This document shows positions 60,201 to 64,000 of a stretch of DNA of 64,000 nucleotides, in pieces. The stretch comes from Pavona decussata (Eukaryota): assembly GCA_977016875.1 (NCBI GenBank), contig CDRNST010000027.1, positions 2,914,001-2,978,000 of the forward strand, read 5' to 3'. How positions within the stretch are numbered: position 1 is the stretch's first letter; each line of letters starts with the position of its first letter. The notes beneath the pieces were generated by a model that saw only the letters and a program-made list of their open reading frames with translations, had not been told where the DNA came from and ran no database searches. The translations under genes and the position numbers were made by a program.

Positions 60201-62173
60201 TTGTTCAAATACCTCGTTCAGTTTGTTTGAGTTTGTTTTCCGGATTCCTTATTCATCTCAATCCAATTTCTTCGGCTTTCTTCTTCTTAAAACGAATTGA
60301 AATCTAAAAGCGCCGACCGACATCGAGTCGCGAAACAGCAGAAGCAAGTCTTCTTCTCCTAACGCTTCACAGCCAAATTGCGCCGGAATCGAAGGAGCAA
60401 AGCCGTCATACCTTCTCGCACAAACTTGACCGGAGGACAGGTTCTAAAAGCTTTGCAGGTGGAAAAATCTAGACCCTTAACTCATTATTTGTTTATATTA
60501 AACAATCTAGAGTTTGGCCGTTCTGGTTTTCTTTATAAGTAAGCAGCGTTTTCCACTAGTTTCTAAAGAGTTGTACTAATTTATATTCGGACCAGCCAGA
60601 AACGAGGCCGCGCTACTATACCGAGCAAAAACTTGTTTTCATCGGTCACCATCACGGCAAAAATAACTTCAGTCAATCAATTTTATTTTAGTTAAGTTGT
60701 GCTCTTAATTTACGAGGCAATAGCGCAAGCAGCAGATCACGAAAAGTAGAAGAAAACGGAAACCATTATACCTTAGTGTAGCTTGGAGGTTATAGGTCAT
60801 AAACAGATTAAGTAACTATTGTCATCGTTCTCACTTTGTTTACTGATAATGGCCGAGAGGACGGTGGAATAAGCTAGAAACAAGAGAGGATCCTCTCTTG
60901 GCTAGAAACTAAGAACTTTTAGGGCGAGATCGGAAATCCTATTGCAGGAAACGAGATCTTTCAAGAACAGACAACTGAGCAAATAACGGAAACCCTTGTA
61001 TCTCACATCCAAGGAAAGATTTCTGACTTCCATAAGATGGTGAGATGGGACACGTATCATGGACAGAATCGTGATTGAACAAGTCAGCTATGCTGAGTCC
61101 TGAGTGCAGCATCAACGTATTCTTCTGTACGCGAGGACTGATTCAATTATTCCATTGCAACATTTAAGGTTCTTTAGATTTGGGTTGATGCTAATGTCGC
61201 GTTTGTTTGGCAAACGCAAGTTCATTGAAAGAAAAATACAATTTGTGGCCATTGGTGAGTTGTACCGATGCATGAATTCAGGTGAAGGTTAATCCCGGCT
61301 ATTGTGCTTTAAGCCGAACAAGAACTGAGCCCTCTAATATTTTAAATTAATCGGATCAGATTTCTGAGAAGGAAACAGCGATCTGAAACCTCTAATATAA
61401 TTGATTAGCTTGCAAAATTATCTAGCTTGATGAGCTTACTGTATGTGTCGATACACTGATGAAAATAGCCCGATTCAATGTATTTAGTATGTACTGTTTG
61501 GCACAGAAATACTAATAACTGCCGATCTAAAAACTTGAAAAGGATTGCCATGACATTAACGATCATCAGTTTCTCGACCTCATTTCTTTACTCCGACACT
61601 GAGAACAAAAACAAGCCATTTAGAGTGAACTTGTTGTTCTAAATACTTTGAATTAACTCCTCCATTTCGTGATCAGTGAAGTTCTCTGTGGTTTATATGT
61701 CAGGAAACGACAGGAAACGCGCGCACGCCAAATACAGCCTGACCTTTGCTCGCGCCCACATCTCAAGCCTCGACTGAGAAAGATAAATTTTGCAAAAGTG
61801 CGTACAAACATCACGAGCGAGTACATCCGGCCTACTAATTTTATATATGGATAGTCACACCTCAAAATTTCGATTTTTTTAAAAAAGCCGATAACTATGT
61901 TGCACGGCACAACAACAGAGTTACAGTAACTTCCTCTGTTCACAAGGGCTTCCATTTTAAGAATGGTCGCAGCAATTCAGTAAGGATTTTATCCAAAGAC
62001 TCACACGATCGACTCAACCACATTGCACAGCATATTAAATGGTGCACAAGCAATTACATAGTCACACCTACTTAGTCATCTCAGTTTTTTAAAAGAGCCA
62101 AAAATCGTAAACAACATGGCAACACGACATGATCCCGCGGTGTAGCCCACACGAGAAAACGAAATTGCCTTAC

Positions 62174-62290
62174 CTTTCCTTCGCTCACCCTCCCGTGTCT
62201 CTTCCCAAGTTGTCTCAAGAACTCTCAAACAAGACATCTCAGACTAACAGCGAATGATGCGAAGCACTACCAGTTAATTAGCATTTCACG
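62174..62290 (-). other. Candidate non-coding first exon for member 3
   Basis: Strong donor GAAAG|gtaagg at 62174/62173 on the same strand, upstream of the 57355 acceptor. The 5' boundary is a guess. Confidence 0.3.
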
Positions 62291-64000
62291 GGCGACTGGA
62301 AATATTTGTGTATCAACTTCGCGTGGGTTTCAACCAACATGTATTAAAGTACACAGCCTCTTCCGCATACCGCGCCGTAAGAAAAACAAAGCTTGAGGCT
62401 AAAAACATCCCTTTTGGCTGAAACGAGGATCGTTCTGTAATTATCACCATAGTATCTAGACCGTCTTGGCAACTCGAATAAACAAAAAAGACCAACAAAC
62501 AAACAGAGAGACAAGTACACAAGCCACGAAAAGGCTCGATGCTAGGTCTTCCGCAAAACCGCAAAATTCTTTTGCTTAATTGATTACATGAATGTATAAT
62601 GTACAACATCCGGCGATGTCGTTTGATAAGCTCTTCACAGGCATAACAGTTGTAGTACTGTACTTTCAAGACTTCACATTTGAGATCCTAATCAAAAAAG
62701 GATAATAGACTTGCCAAGTTTTTGAGTATTCGGCTTCATCGAAGTGCCACCTCGAATTATTGACGCTTGGACGCTTCAGTCAGGCTGGATAAACACCCCG
62801 CGGGCGTGATTTAGAACTTTTAAACTTTTAACTTTTAGCATTTTACCCCTTCTGTCGGGATGAAATTTGCAAATGTTCTCGTTCAACTGGTAGATGGTTA
62901 TCTCACATTTTATTTCTTTCTCATAAATCCCAGTTTTCCCTTACGAAACAAGCATGCGTGCGAGAACAGACTCCGGCCAAATAAGCTTCTTCAAACGCGC
63001 CATTAATGACGGTGTGCATGCGCAACAAGCGCAAGCTGGACAACTCTAGGCTGCTTCATTGGCGCCTTGATCACAGTTTCACCACTCACTTTCTTTTTAA
63101 TCTAATCGGGACTCTTACGATTGCGTTTCTAATGCATGAAGACGGATGAAAGATGAAATCAGAGATGAAATATAGTGGCATCCGTCAACAGAGATACCAA
63201 TATTGCGTCATGCAAGAGTGCTGAAAGCATCTTAAAATTTTAAGTAAACCATTTATCGTGTAGGGTCACGTGACGAGTAAGGTGACGTCCGTCACTAGTT
63301 GATACGCCAGTTCCAGAACTAACAATGTCCGTTGTTCAGTAATTTCAAGTTTAGCAGCCCTTTCCTGTCGCCACTTTCTGTAGTTTACTATACCACATTT
63401 GAGTATCAGCACTGCCAAAAAATTAAAAAGTCATTTTTTTGTCTTGTTACGCTACACAATAAAAAATGAAGGTACATGTACAGTTTTCTTCTGCTGAAGC
63501 GATCCTTCAGGCTTTAAATCGGGTATCTAGGTTTACAGCATGTAAAGTATATATGTGTACGAAAGTCCTCAATGTTTTTCGTACCGAAAGTCCAGTCACT
63601 TTGGAGGTTGGTACCTTAGGGAAGTCGCTTACATTCGAAACTTTACCGTATCCACTTGTTTCGAACCTGAACGTCTTTTCCGGATGCGAAGAATACTCGA
63701 ATAGTAGCAGGAAAAGGAAAAAAATTTATTTTTTGTATTACTTGCACAGCGTTATACAGCGTTTTCAGTAGGTTTTCAAGTAGAAGTTGGACCTGTCAAA
63801 GTAGACGTTGCAGGCACGGAGTCATTGCAGACACGTAGTGTCTGCGCAAGGCCCAGAGGGCGTTGCTTTCTAGGGGGGTCTGGGGGCATGCCCCCCCAGA
63901 AAATTTTGACGTGTTATACTCTCTGGGATGCATTTTCCTGCATTGTGAAGCACTAAACGGTCAGTTCGAGTCTTGTTGAAAACATGGCAATTTTTCACTT

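Overview
AT-rich, intron-containing animal DNA with three assembly gaps. Gene content and repeat families point to a stony coral or other anthozoan (inference from recalled families, not a database result). From left to right the window holds: (1) a complete BEL/Pao LTR retrotransposon (5656-11654, minus) with identical 289-bp LTRs, a CTGA target duplication, PBS and PPT, but two frameshifts in pol; it sits about 100 bp after the stop codon of SCNM1. (2) A four-exon SCNM1 gene (minus, about 293 aa) whose introns carry a minisatellite and nested TIR elements. (3) A diverged duplicated segment, a minimal hammerhead ribozyme and several perfect palindromes. (4) A three-exon sFRP3/4-like gene (Frizzled CRD plus an NTR domain that appears to have lost its cysteines). 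(5) Three uninterrupted ORFs for otherwise dissimilar, disordered-looking proteins (37421-38074 +, 43037-43852 +, 56423-57277 -) that all end in D-x6-I-x2-W-L-x2-[CV]; this is the best candidate for an undescribed system. (6) Many SINEs and MITEs, a decayed DDE transposon and a CpG-rich satellite.
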